A DNA stretch of 64,000 nucleotides, taken from contig JASTWF010000036.1 in the NCBI GenBank assembly GCA_030390025.1, positions 3,908,001 through 3,972,000 on the forward strand. The letters run 5' to 3'. The position numbers were made by a program, and so were the translations under genes. Position 1 is the first letter of the stretch. Every line of letters starts with the position of its first letter. Shown here in pieces: positions 26,530 to 38,879 of the stretch. The notes under the pieces are model-generated. The model did not search any database. It saw only the letters and a program-made list of their open reading frames with translations, and had not been told where the DNA came from. This DNA comes from Squalus acanthias (lineage: Eukaryota).

Positions 26530-26563
<34 letters not shown>

Positions 26564-26906
26564 CTGACTTCACTGTTCCCGGCTGAAGAGGGAAGAGGGG
26601 ATTGGCCGGGGGGGGCTTGAAAACCGGCCTTTAATGACTAAACTGGCACAGAAAGAGTGGCTACTTGGGATGAGGTAAGTAAGGCCTACTTGTAGGACAG
26701 CACCCCTTGAGGAGGGGAGTCAATTTGTCCTGACGGGGGGGAAATGATTGTCAAGCATGGGGTTGCTGTTGGCTTTTTCTTAATTTGATGCCTTGTAAGG
26801 AATTTGATAATGAGTCAAGAGTGACAATGTTTGTAAAAGATGGCTGGGGATGATGAATAAAAGGCGAAATGATTCTCTCTAATTTCAAATGTTTTTGTCT
26901 GTTCAG

Positions 26907-27036
26907 CTCTCGGATACAAAATCCACCGACCGGAAGCTGACCCTGTTGCACTACATTGCGATCGTCGTAAAGAAGAAGTACTCTAACATCGCCACGTTCT
27001 GGAGTGAGCTGCATTTCATCGAGAAAGCTGCGGCAG
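26907..27036 (+). CDS. FMNL3: FMNL3 exon, FH2
   Basis: gtctgttcag|CTC...GCAG|gttagt; [43 protein letters not shown]; 130 nt, phase 0 to 1. Confidence 0.97.
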
Positions 27037-27321
27037 GTTAGTGTCCCTGGAGTAGCCCGCTGGTATTCACTGTCTTAGGTCCCACATGAAGGACCGCCAC
27101 TTGAGCAAGGTCCTGGGGGAGTGGCTGGCAGCCATGGGACTGTGCCGCGGTGTGCCTTTGGGAGGAGATGGGTGTGGATGAAGACTCGGTAGGGTCGCCT
27201 GTGCTGGTGGAGTGGTGCTGCAATGAGTTGGCACTATAACCTGCTGTGCCTCGGCATAGTAAGACATGGCCTCATACCCTGATTCGTTACGTGGGGTCAT
27301 TTGAATTTCACTGTGCCAACA

Positions 27322-27878
27322 GAAGATGCTAAACCTTTATAAACCACTGGTTAGGCCTCAGCTGGAGTATGGTGTCCAATTCTGGGAATCACACTTTAGG
27401 AAGGATGTCAAAGTATTGGAGAGGGTGCAGAGGAGATTTACTAGCATGGTACCAGGGATGAGGGGCTTCAGTTATGTGGGGAGACTGGAGAAGCTGGGGT
27501 TGTTCTCCTTGGAGCAGAGAAGGTTAAGAGGAGATTTGATAGAGATGTTCAAAATCATGAGGGGTCTGGACAGAGTAGAGAGAGAGAAACTGTTCCCATT
27601 GGCAGAAGAGTCGGTAACCAGAGCACACCGATTTAAGGTGATTGGCAAAAGAGCATGAAAGAAACATTTTTTTACACTGGAATGCACTGTCAGAAAGGGC
27701 AGTGGAAGCAGGTTCAACAGTAACATTCAAAAGAGAATTGGATAAATACTTGGAGAAAAAATTTGCAGGGCTATGTGGAAAGAGCAGGGGAGTGGGACTA
27801 ATTGGATAGCACTACCCAAGAGCTGGCACAGGCATGATGGGCCGAACAGCCTCCTTCTGTGCTGTACCATTCTATGAA
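27322..27878 (+). mobile_element. CR1 3' end
   Basis: ORF 27326-27658 LVRPQLEYGVQFW...RRLRGDLIEMFKIM. Confidence 0.9.
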
Positions 27879-28151
27879 GATGGCACCAAATGGAATCTAG
27901 ATGGTTTTCCTAAAGGAAGGGGAAGTCAAAGGGTGAGTTACTTTGGGCAGTTTATCGAGCATCTCCTTGTGACATTCTTGAGTGCCACTGACAGAACTGC
28001 ACAGGAAGTAGCATTGTAGGTAGGGAGCGATTTGTATTAAGGTTAAATCACTTTCTCCAGTCTTGTGATGATTCTATTTGCCCACAGGGTGCATTGATAG
28101 AGACAGTTTCCGGGTGTTTTAATGACCTTTTCACACCATTCCCTCTTGCAG

Positions 28152-28315
28152 TGTCATTGGAAAATGTCCTATTGGACGTAAAGGAGATGGGACACAACAT
28201 GGAGCTGGTCAAACGGGAGAGCAGCATGCATGAGCACAATGTGGTGCTGAAGGATTTCCTGTCACAAAATGAAGGGAAGCTGGAAAAACTCCAGAGAGAT
28301 TCCAGAACTGCACAG
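28152..28315 (+). CDS. FMNL3: FMNL3 exon, FH2 (ends at a GC donor)
   Basis: ctcttgcag|TGTCA...CAG|gcaagt; [55 protein letters not shown]; 164 nt, phase 1 to 0. Confidence 0.95.
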
Positions 28316-28504
28316 GCAAGTAGAACGCATCACCGAGCTTCCCCTCTCTATCAAATTAGCTTGTCGTTCAAACAGCTTTGCTTTTCTATTCTTTGCGCTC
28401 AGTGACTAAATCAAGGGTTTTCAGGTCAGATACAAAATGAGCCCTAAATATAAAAGGGGTTAGCATTGATCTTGTTACCCTGTGCCTACTGTAAGAGGTT
28501 CTCC

Positions 28505-28810
28505 TCTTCTCTCTTCTTAGGCAGTCCCTTGGAACCAAGGATGACTTGCTTCCACATTAAAAATGAGTTCTCCGGTGACTGATGAGTCCAATGCGGGGCC
28601 TACAGTCTCTGTCACAGGTGGGGCAGACGGTGGTTGAAGGGGCGGGTGGGTGGGGTGCTTGGGTTGACGTGCGCTGCTTGCGCTTGGCTTCCGCTTGCTC
28701 CCCGGCGAAGAGACTCGAGGTGTTCGGCGCTTTCCCGGATGCTTCTCCTCTACTTTGTGCGGTCTTGGGCCAGGGATTCCCAGGTGTCGGTGGGGATGTT
28801 GCACTTTGAA
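28505..28810 (-). mobile_element. RTE-clade LINE 3' end
   Basis: minus strand KCNIPTDTWESLAQDRTK*RRSIRESAEHLE and CPTCDRDCRPRIGLISHRRTH, GAA-rich tail. Confidence 0.85.
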
Positions 28811-29469
28811 GAGGTTATAGATTATGAAAAGACCAGGAGTGCTAAGATTCCAATCTCATCATGGAGTCTTTCAGATGAGTCACTTAACCAAGGCCCCTGG
28901 CTGCCAATGTTCTCCCTAATTTTATTTTTGGGTGCGCGGCCCATTCACGGTTTCGCATATGCCCGAAATTTAACATTGAAAAAGCCGGTCCCGGACTGCG
29001 CGAGACCGGCAGAGAGCTGCGCGGCTTATAGGAAATGTTGCTGGTAGCCCTCTCGGGTGGACGAAAAAGATCTCCGGCACTATTTTGAAGAAGAGCAGGG
29101 AAGTTCTGCCTGGTGTCCTGGCCAATATTTATCCCTCAACCAACATCACGCGGGGGGGGGGGGGGGGGGGGGAAGAGATTATCTGGTCATTTATCTCACT
29201 GCTGTTTGTGGGATCTTGCTGTGCGCAATTTGGTTGCCACATTTCCTACATTACAACAGTGACTACACTTAAAAAAAAAAAGTACTTCAGGTTCAAGTTT
29301 TGATTTCTCATCATGTAACCGCCCATCCCCCACATCCCCTTCCAGTCACAGAGAAAACATGAAACCTGAAGTAGTGCGTCCAATTCTAAAATATCCCAGA
29401 TCATTTCGTCATTCTACAAAGGAATAGTTAAATCTTGATTGATTAATTTTTTCATACAAAGCTGTTGAG

Positions 29470-29825
29470 CATTACATAGGATTACACAGGATATATGGCA
29501 CAGAAACAGGCCATTCGGCCCAACCAGTCCATGCCGGCGTTTATGCTCCACTCGAGCCTCCTCCCTAAATCTATCAGCATAACCCTCTATTCCCTTCTCC
29601 CTCATATGCTTGTCCAGCCTCCCCTTAAATCCATCTATACTATTCGCTTCAACCACTCCCTGTGGTAGTGAGTTCCACATTCTCACCACTCTCTGGGTAA
29701 AGAAGTTTCTTCTGAATTCCCTATTGGATTTCTTGGGGACTATCTTATATTGATGGCCTCTAGTTATGCTCTTCCCCACAAGTGGAAACATTCTCTCTCT
29801 ATCCATTCTATCAAAACTTTTCAAT
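29470..29825 (-). mobile_element. CR1 3' end
   Basis: FPLVGKSITRGHQYKI...RNFFTQRVVRMWNSLP. Confidence 0.9.
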
Positions 29826-29934
29826 GAATCTGTTTTGTTGATATTTCAGTTCTGAACCTCACGAATGTTGCAGATAGAGGGGCGAAACCGTCCAACACAG
29901 AAAGCGGGCAGATCAAATTTGCGCCCGCCATAAG

Positions 29935-30775
29935 TAGGGTTGCCAACCAAGGTTGGGCCTGTTCCTGGAGGTCTCATCCCCAAGGGACAGGGTGCTGGGT
30001 GACATCATGGTGCACTACATTTGGGATTATGTCTGCGATCCCAAAAAAAAGTAAATCTTTGTACACATGAATGAAAATTAACTCCTCAATAGTTGAACCA
30101 TATTATGGTCTGCCTTTGCCGAGACTGGACTCTCCTCTGAAACCTGCAGGATGGTGTCCAATTGCTCCGCCCCCACGCTCCTGCCATTGGTCACCTGACA
30201 TGTCCATCCTTGCGCGCACCACCTTCCCACAGCAATTGGAAAACGGATAGACACTTGGTTACCCGATTGGTTGATTCTTGACTGCCAGTCAAGCAGCCTC
30301 TTTCCCACCGGTAGCATAGTGGTTAGGGTACTGGACTAAGTGATCTGGAGACATGAGTTCAAATCCCACCACGGCAGCTGGGGAATTTAAATTCAGTTAA
30401 TTAAACAAATCTGGAATAAAAAGCTAGTATCAGTAATGGTAAACTATCGGATTGTCGTAAAAACCTATCTGGTTCACTAATGGCCTTCAGGGAAGGAAAT
30501 CTGCCGTCCTTACCCTCCGAAATGACCTAGCAAGCCACTCAGTTGTATAAGGCAGATCACCACCACTACCTTCTCGAGGGCAATTAGGGATGGGCAATAA
30601 ATGCTGGCCTAAAAAAAAAAAAATCTCTGATGTCTTTTGTAACTAATAAATGGCAGAGTTCCAAAAAAATGGGGAAAAAAACACTTTTTTTAATGCCCTT
30701 ATGATTTTTCTCCTGGGTTGCTCACAACAGTATCCTGCAGATTAATCTTTAGTTCCTGGAGGGTTGACAACCCTA
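29935..30775. mobile_element. hAT-type non-autonomous DNA transposon with nested SINE
   Basis: TIRs tagggttgccaacc / ggttgacaacccta (13/14), 8-bp flanks gccataag / gctatagg (6/8). Confidence 0.7.
30311..30622 (+). mobile_element. tRNA SINE sharing its 3' tail with the LINE at 52660/59277/63430
   Basis: tagcatagtggt...gagttcaaatccc head; gggcaattagggatgggcaataaatgctggcc tail and poly(A); second copy 45230-45660 (-). Confidence 0.8.
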
Positions 30776-31348
30776 GCTATAGGAGGTGGACACTGTGCTA
30801 CAGAATTCTAAATGATTTTGCCATTGAAATTCTGCACTTTAAAGAGTTAAGGCACAAATTGAACATTGATTCACTGAACTACACCAGGGTACAGGATACA
30901 TAAAATAAATTGTAAAGTGGGAGTGTACCTTGCTCTCCTGTGACTTGTGCGCTGGGTTTTATGGTGAATCCTTGTGTAATCCCTCTCTGAAGTCTGGGAA
31001 GAGACCAGGATAAAATGGAATGTGTGGGAAAATGTTAGACTTCAGTGGCCTCCCCCCTCACAGCTAAGCTTTTGAGTCAACATCGTCTGTGTTTCTGAGT
31101 GAGAAAGTGAGGGCAAGGAAACCTTAAAATCAACAGTTCCTTCACAGAAGCGAAAAGATCATTAATTCTTGGTGTATTGCAATTACGCCTAGTTGCTTGA
31201 TCCCTGATCTTTAACCTTTACCAGCGAGAGAGAGCAAGGAGAAGAAAAACATGGCTGCTATTAAAAAAGCTGGCTCTGTTGTTACTGTAACCTGGTGAAG
31301 ATGGAGGGTTAATGAGACTGTACCTAATTTCCTTTTTGCCCTGTACAG

Positions 31349-31450
31349 GAAGCGTACAATAAAGTGGTTGAGTATTTTGGAGAAAGTCCCAAGACAACGC
31401 CCCCATCCGTGTTCTTCCCAGTCTTCGTCCGGTTTGTCAAGTCCTACAGG
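31349..31450 (+). CDS. FMNL3: FMNL3 exon, FH2
   Basis: ctgtacag|GAA...AGG|gtaaga; [34 protein letters not shown]; 102 nt. Confidence 0.97.
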
Positions 31451-33951
31451 GTAAGATCTTTGAGCTGATCTGTTTTTTTTTCCCCTTTTGCATTCATTTG
31501 GCATTCCCATAGCTTCAAATGGTAGTTCTAGTGCTTGGAGGAAATGGTCCTAGTTGCTGCCCTTGGAAGGCAAGTGGCCATTAATATGACGTGGCGAAGT
31601 TAATGAGACCTTGGCTACGACTTTCTTTTGTCCCTCTGCCTTTTTCTTAATTTTGTGTAGCTCTTACCTATGTTAAATATTGAAACGACTTTTATCCACT
31701 GGCATCAGCAGCTTTAAGTTTAATAAAAAGGGGGAATGAGGAAAAAGCAACTCGGCTCAGCTGGCATGCCCTGTTGTTTAGGCCCCATTTAGTAAATGGG
31801 GGAAGGTGCCGGGAGATGTCATGGTGTACCACATTATACGGTCTAAAAAAAAATGCTTTGTACACATGAATGAAAATTAACTCCTCAATAGTTGAACCAT
31901 ATTATGATCTGCCTTTGCTGAGACTGGAATCTCCTCTGTTGAAATGAGAAGATAGTGCCCTTTTCTCTCTCTTCCACCACCCCCCCCCCGCCCTTGTCCT
32001 CGTCCAGTCTTGAAGGCATTGACTCCTTGCTCGGATGTGGATCCAAGGGCAGTAGCTACCCTCTAGCACTCTGCCACATGGCCATTCTTCATAGGTGAGG
32101 CTAGACAGCAAATGTTGCCAGGTTATTCCACATTGGGCGGGGGGGCATCACAGTCGAGCCCAGTACTCTCCTAACCAATGCCCATGCATGCACACTCCAG
32201 CCGGGGTCACCAGGTAGTGATCAGGAGCAGAAACCCTGTTAAATTCCACTCCCACCCACAATGCCCAATGCACCGAGGCCACCTACTGTTATCCTGGCTG
32301 CGATGAGCTAACTTGGCATAAAGTAGGGATTAAACTTGACACTTTCCGGCTCTGTATGGCTCCATTTCAAACCGGGTGATGCATTTACTCATAAGCCATT
32401 GGAAGGAGCTAAGTGCATCTATTAAAAGAAAATATCTTGGTTTGATGGCGATCCATCATTATTCTGCTTTTTATAAATTCTTTAATCTTCTGAGATAATT
32501 TGGATCAGTACTCTTTCTGTTGTTTCCAGGGATGTTTCAAATCTATCTGCATATATTTCTTAATGGAGGATGAGGCAGGGTCACCCATTAGAGACCCAGG
32601 TTATTGTATGGGGCGTCTTGGTTGACCATCCAAGGCTTGTTTGAGCGGTATGGACAGCAGACCTGTCTCTCCGCCCCCTCCCCTGGTCACTTGCCATTTG
32701 CTGTTCACAATGACTTGAGCTGATTTTTGGTCAGACGCTCCCTGTAGAGGGAAGCCTGCTTGTGATTCCCAGCCTAAAGGGCCAACACCATAGCTACCTG
32801 TGAAAGGGCACTGTGCTGCTGAATGGCGAGGGATGGAGTTAATGAATCCACTCGCTTCCTGGCATTGTCTAGCAGATGCCTCCCGTTTCCTGAACTCCCC
32901 ATGGCCACCTGGTGCTGGCCTCCCACTTGTTCACATGTTGCAGACTATTCGTTGAAACAATAAAAGCATTGGATGTGGATGGAAAGCGAATACTTTCAAT
33001 CGGGACTATGATCACATTAGGCTTTCTGTTTAGGAAAATAAAATGGCCAGCAAGTCTCTGACGTACCGTACAACGGTAGTCTAGGGGTTCTTGAAGTAGC
33101 TGAGGAAGCCGTTTGAAGAAAGCATTTCTCTCCTGCTTTTCTCTTCTATGTAAAGATGAACTGCGTTCTTAACCCATTAAGAGCTGTGGTCGAATTTTTG
33201 CCAATATCGGATTTAAAGATTCAAAGCTTGGCCTAGAATTTAGGGCGTAGAACTTCTGCAGGGCAGGTTGTCCCGCTCTCCCGCTGTAACTTCAGTGGAA
33301 GATCGGCGCACATCCCGGAGAAATGAGGTGTGGGAGGTGACGGTTTTTAGCCGTTTGCACCCTCTCTCCAGGGTCTCCACCGAAAGCACGGCGGAAAATC
33401 CGGAGAACTCCCACAGAAATTCTCCTAGATGTTTGCGCTCAATTCTCAGTGGGTTCTATCAAGTTTGGCTCATACAATGTAAATGTTTCCCCTTCCTCTT
33501 CTTCCCCTTCCCCTTCCCCTCCACCTCCCCCACCCAACTTCCTCTCATATCTTGAAGGTGCTAAGTCATGGTTATGGTTCGATGGGTGCTGTTTAATAAC
33601 TGGCCCAAGCGGCCATCCTTCATGTCCGAGCCTGGTCGGTGAACGTTAACACGGTGTTTCACCATAGGGAGCTTCAGTGGAGAACCTGATTCTGTCCTAG
33701 ACCTGAAGCCCTCATGCCTGCGCCCTCCAACAGGGCTCGCTGGTCAGGAGTGGAAGTCCTGGCTGATTGCTCAAGGGTTGCTCTGCTGAATTGTAGCACC
33801 CATCCAGATGTCCTGGCTGGATCAGCTAACTCAGCCCACAGCAGAACTTGCTGGTCTGTAGAAGATTGAGGGGAGATCTGACCAAGGTGTTTAAAACGTT
33901 CAAAGGATTCAATGGGGTAGATACAGATAAACTATTTCCTCTGGTGGGGGA

Positions 33952-34181
33952 TGACGTAAGAAAACTACTAGGCACTTGGTCTAAGCGTTAAACAAAGCTT
34001 TAATCAACTGTTTTTCAACATGGAGATCTAGTTGTGTCCTTCACTAGTTCCTGTTAAGGAATGTCTTGAGCAAGCTGGGCCCATTCTCGAGTATTTATAC
34101 TCTCCCTGGACAGCGCCCACCAGCAGGCCGCCCAGTATTACTTCATAAGTCATTTCCACATGAATGACAAGATTCATGTCG
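33952..34181 (-). mobile_element. Second solo LTR copy, inserted in a CR1 3' fragment (about 33860-34455)
   Basis: near-identical reverse complement of 25022-25248. Confidence 0.8.
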
Positions 34182-35156
34182 GGAAATCAAGCATGAGGGG
34201 ATATTATCTTAGCCAATTAGGAGTGAAATCAGGAAGCACTTTTTCACACAAAGGGTTGTGGAAATCTGGAACTCGCTCCCTCAAAAAGGCTGTGGATTCG
34301 GGGGGACAATTGGAGCTTTAAAGACCAAGATCGTTAGATTATCGAGCGTTACGGAGCTTGGGTGGGTAAGTGGAGTCGAGGTACAGATCTGCCATGATCC
34401 AATTGAATAGCAGTGCAAGGCTGAGTGGCTGAATGGCCCCCTCCTGTTCTTGTGTGTCCATTAGTAGCAGACTAGGCAGTGCGCTTGCAAACTGAGCCAA
34501 GAAGAGGTCCACTCTGAGTAGAAAGTGCCATTTTGTACTGTGTTTCCTCAGCGAGGCAAGGAATCAAACAACAAGCTGTTGTGTGTCTGCAGTTTATTTT
34601 TTGAAGCCTGTGCGATTTGTGCGCATTCACAATTGAAATACTGTTTAACAAAAAGAATTGAAACCTCCTTCCTTCAGTAAACACAGCTGCTGCGCTTATT
34701 GACTTTGAAAATCCATCTTTACTTCACCTCAAAGTTAGTTATTCCTTTTACTTCGCTGTGCTCAGAACTATACCAAATAAGGAGCTCCATTATGCTGTAA
34801 TAAATATGGGCTTGTGTCCAATGTAGGTCGAAGGTCAACCAGGCCACTAAATCATTGTATGTTTACATTGAAAAACAAACTACATGCAATGAAAAGACAC
34901 AAAATTCAGGAGAAACTTCTTTACCCAGAGAGTGGTTAGAATGTGGAACTCGCTACCACAGGGAGTAGTTGAGGCGAATAGTATAGATGCATTTAAGGGG
35001 AATCTAGATAAACACATGAGGGAGAAAGGAATAGAAGGATATGTTGATGGGGTGAGATGAAGAGGGGTGGGAGGAGGCTCGTGTGGAGTATAAACACCGG
35101 CGTGGACCAGTTGGGCTGAATGGTCTGTTTCTGTGCTGTCAATACTCGGTAAAATG

Positions 35157-35602
35157 AAAGAAAGAAAGACTTGCATTTCTACAGCGCCTTTCACAACCAC
35201 CGGACGTCTCAAAGCGCTTTACAGCCAATGAAGTATTTTTGGAGTGTAGTCACTGTTGTAATATGGGAAACGCAGCAGCCAATTTGAGCACAGCAAGCTC
35301 CCACAAACAGCAATGTGATAATGACCAGATCATCTGTTTTTGTGAAGTTGATTGAGGGATAAATATTGGCCAGGACACCAGGGATAACTCCCCTGCTCTT
35401 CTTCAAAATAGTGCCATGAGATCTTTTACATCCACCTGAGAGAGCAGACAGGGCCTCGGTTTAACGTCTCATCCGAAAGATGACACCTCCAACAGTGCAG
35501 CACTCCCTCAGTACTGCACTGGAGTGTCAGCCTAGATATATGTGCTCAAGTCCCTGGAGTGGGATTTGAACCCACAACCTTCTGACTCGGAGGCGAGTGT
35601 GC
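35157..35602 (-). mobile_element. Deu-domain SINE, full length
   Basis: tRNA head, Deu core, (ttc)-type tail; preceded by a CR1 tail at about 34900-35140. Confidence 0.88.
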
Positions 35603-36234
35603 TACCAACTGAGCCACAGCTGATTTAATGATTGGTTGTATTTCTTCTTCTTTGACTTTCTATTAACTGGGGATACTGAAGCTCGAATTAAGAGATCTGA
35701 GGGTCCCTGGATGCTGTGACTCCAAAGACACAAGGTGGTACCTCACCATCTTGTCGAGTTGACATCTTCTACTAGATGTTGCATGTGTAGAAGACATTGG
35801 TGGGGCCATGGTTAGCGTATTGTGTGCAGTTTTGGGCCTCCCCATTACAGGAAGGATATTAGAGGCATGGAAAGGGCATAGTAGAGAGTCAGTAGAATTA
35901 TGCCAGGAATGCGGGGTTATAATTTTGAAGAATGGCTTGAAAAATTGGGGCATTTTTCACTGTGCAAGAGAAGGCTAAAGGGAGATGTAGTCGAGGTTTT
36001 TGTAGTCTTGAGATGGTAAATAATGAAAGATTCTTTCCACTACTTTGCGACTTTCTTCCACGTAATGGTAGCAACTCTAACACTGAAGTGCCATGCATTT
36101 TCATGTTGCTGCATTGCAAGCAATTGCTACTTTAATCTAGGGATGTGGGGTTTACAGAGTGACACAATGTTGGTATTCCAATGTGCTGTGTCACAGAAGG
36201 ATGGAACACAAGTTTCTATACCTGCATGGGTATA

Positions 36235-36880
36235 CCTGGTTGGGCCCCAGCTGGGTTATTGTGCCCAATTCTGGGCACCACACTTTAGGAAGGATGTCAA
36301 GGCCTTGGAGAAGGTGCAGAGGAGATTGACCAGGATGGTACTAGGGATGAGGGACTTCAGTGATGTGGAGAGACTGGAGAAGCTGAGATTGTTCTCCTTA
36401 GAGCAGAGAAGGTTAAGGGGAGATTTACTAGAATGGTACCAGGGGATGAGGGACTTCAGTGATGTGGAGAGACTGGAGAAGCTGGGATTGTTCTCCTTAG
36501 AGCAGAGAAGGTTAAGGGGAGATTTAATGGAAGTGTTCATTATTTTGAGGGGTTTTGATAGAGTAAATAAGGAGAAACTGTTTCCAGTGGCAGGAGGGTC
36601 GGTAACCAGAGGACACAGATTTAAGATAATTGGCAAAAGAACCAGAGGGTAGTTTTTTTTTTAACGCAGTGCCTTGTTATGATCTGGAATGCAATGAAAG
36701 GGTGGTGGAAGCAAACTGAATAGTATCTTTCAAAAGGGAATTAGATATATACTTGAAGGGGAAAAAATTGCAGGGCTCTGGGAAAAGAGCGAGTGGAGTT
36801 GCGATTAATTGGATAGCACTTTCAAAGAGCTGGCACAGGCGCGAGGGGCTGAATGGCCTCCTCCTGTGCTGTGAGATTCT
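36235..36880 (+). mobile_element. CR1 3' end with internal tandem duplication of about 99 bp
   Basis: GMRDFSDVERLEKL.LFSLEQRRLRGDL occurs twice. Confidence 0.9.
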
Positions 36881-37067
36881 ATGGGTGTTTGTGAGTTCAG
36901 CTGTGCTGCTTGCTGAGCAGAGATCAGACACTTTCCCCATGGAGGAGCAGAGTGGTTATGTTGCTTCACACCATTAACCTCCACTTGCAGCTGCTTAGAA
37001 AGCGGCTGACGAATGGACATTGAAAGGAGCAACGCTAAGAATGTATCTTCTTCGAATCTGTTTCCAG

Positions 37068-37163
37068 GAAGCAGAACAGGAAAATGAGCTGAGGAAAAAG
37101 CAGGAACAAGCTTTGAGAGAGAAGATGCTGGCACAGGAAGCCAAGCTTCAACAGGACCAAAAG
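37068..37163 (+). CDS. FMNL3: FMNL3 exon, FH2 end/coiled coil
   Basis: tgtttccag|GAA...AAG|gtacgt; EAEQENELRKKQEQALREKMLAQEAKLQQDQK; 96 nt. Confidence 0.96.
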
Positions 37164-37461
37164 GTACGTGACACACTGACTTTAATCTCACTGCTTCACT
37201 TTGAGGAAGCTGCAACTGAGCCAAGCAGACCAGGAATGTCTCAACTTCGACCCTTGACCTGTGCTGCTCATAGCCAGGAGATCAACAATGTTGGGGGGTG
37301 GGGGAAAGCAAAGCAATTGGCTTCAGGAAATAGTAAAAGCCAGTTGTGCTTCTCCAGTGACTCCTGCTGGAAGGTGCATTTGTTTGGGTGTTGAATTATA
37401 AAAGGATTGGGTTCAATCATCATGCTGGAATGGTGGAATAGCCCACCAACTTTTATTGTCT

Positions 37462-37810
37462 AAAGAAAGACTTGCATTTCTATAGCGCCTTTCATGACCT
37501 CAGGATGTCCCAAAGCGCTTTACAGCCAATGAAGTACTTTTGAAGTGTAGTCACTGTTGTAATGTAGGAAACACGGCAGCCAATTTGCGCACAGCAAGCT
37601 CCCACAAACAGCAATGTGATGATGACCAGATAATCTGTTTTTAGTGATGTTGGTTGAGGGATAAAGATTGGTCAGGACACCAGGGAGAACTCCCCTGCTC
37701 CTCTTCACATCGTGCCCTGGTATCTTTTACGTCCACCTGAGAAGGCAGACATCTCTGTTTAACGTCTCATCCGAAAGATGACACCTGACAGTGCAGCACT
37801 CCCTCGGTAC
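37462..37810 (-). mobile_element. Deu-domain SINE, 5' truncated
   Basis: same family core and tail. Confidence 0.85.
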
Positions 37811-38755
37811 TAGATACGTGGGCCTGCTCCTTCAGGAGAGGAGGGTAGAATTTGGTTAGGTGGAGTTTCCAGAGGGCCTGTTGATTGCCCTATCAAATTC
37901 ACATAACCCACTTCAGATAATTGAGAGCAAATCTTCCTTAAGCTCAAAAAGTTCCATAAAGAATGGGAGTACCAATGTGAAATGTTCAGGTCTGAACAGA
38001 GTGTTCACGTTATCTGTGCTTGGAAGTGGTCCCTGCTCCAACTGTCAAATGAAAAATTGGCATTCCAGTTGGATACTATAGAATGGGCCCCAGCTATTGG
38101 AGAATGTTTTCAGTAATTTAGTAATAAAAAAGAGTTAGTGCAGTATTATCATCCAGCCACTAAGTGTCGCTAGCACAATGGAGCAGTGTTGTTTTGCAAA
38201 GCATGCGACAGACATCTAAGAGCAAAACAAGTCGTGAATCCGCCAACTCATTTTCCACATTGTATCCAAGTTGGACACAGGAGTCCCAATGGCCTCTTAA
38301 TTTCAAAATGGAAGATCTTACGATGGCTGACCCAACACAGACAGACAGCCAATGACCTCACTTTACTTGTAACTGGAAATGAACAGATTGAATAAATTTT
38401 TAACTTTTTTGCTCCCTCTGTCATTTATTTGACTTTTAACAGTAATCCAGTGCCATGTTACTTTAACACTGTGGTGAAGTCTGGATAATTCTTTATTTTA
38501 TTTTGAAGAGGCTAAAAATTTACCTCCAAGCAAATTCAGATTTGCTGCACTATTTTGAAATGATCGCCGTCAACTATTTGAAATGCTCAATCGCCCAGAG
38601 CTCTAGTTTCGACATTTTTTTCTTGCATTTTGTTTTCAGATCAACTTTCAATGTACATTGATGTTGTATTTAGGGCATGAAGCTGGAAAATAGTGCAAGA
38701 ACCTGGTGGCTTATTCAGTTCCACCTCTTCAGTAAAGGCGGTTTTGTTTTTACAG

Positions 38756-38879
38756 TCTCCGTGCCACCGGAACAAACGGCAACAGCAGGAGCTCATTGCC
38801 GAGTTGCGGAGACGGCAGGTCAAAGATCACCGACCGGTGTATGAAGGGAAAGATGGAACCATTGAAGACATTATCACAG
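38756..38879 (+). CDS. FMNL3: FMNL3 exon, WH2-like and first half of DAD
   Basis: gtttttacag|TCT...ACAG|gtaaag; [41 protein letters not shown]; 124 nt, phase 0 to 1. Confidence 0.97.

Noticed and set aside
26530..26562. Long poly-C run, other G/C homopolymers and the pyrimidine tract at 16985-17190
   Set aside because: Simple sequence, lengths possibly unreliable; no evidence of function
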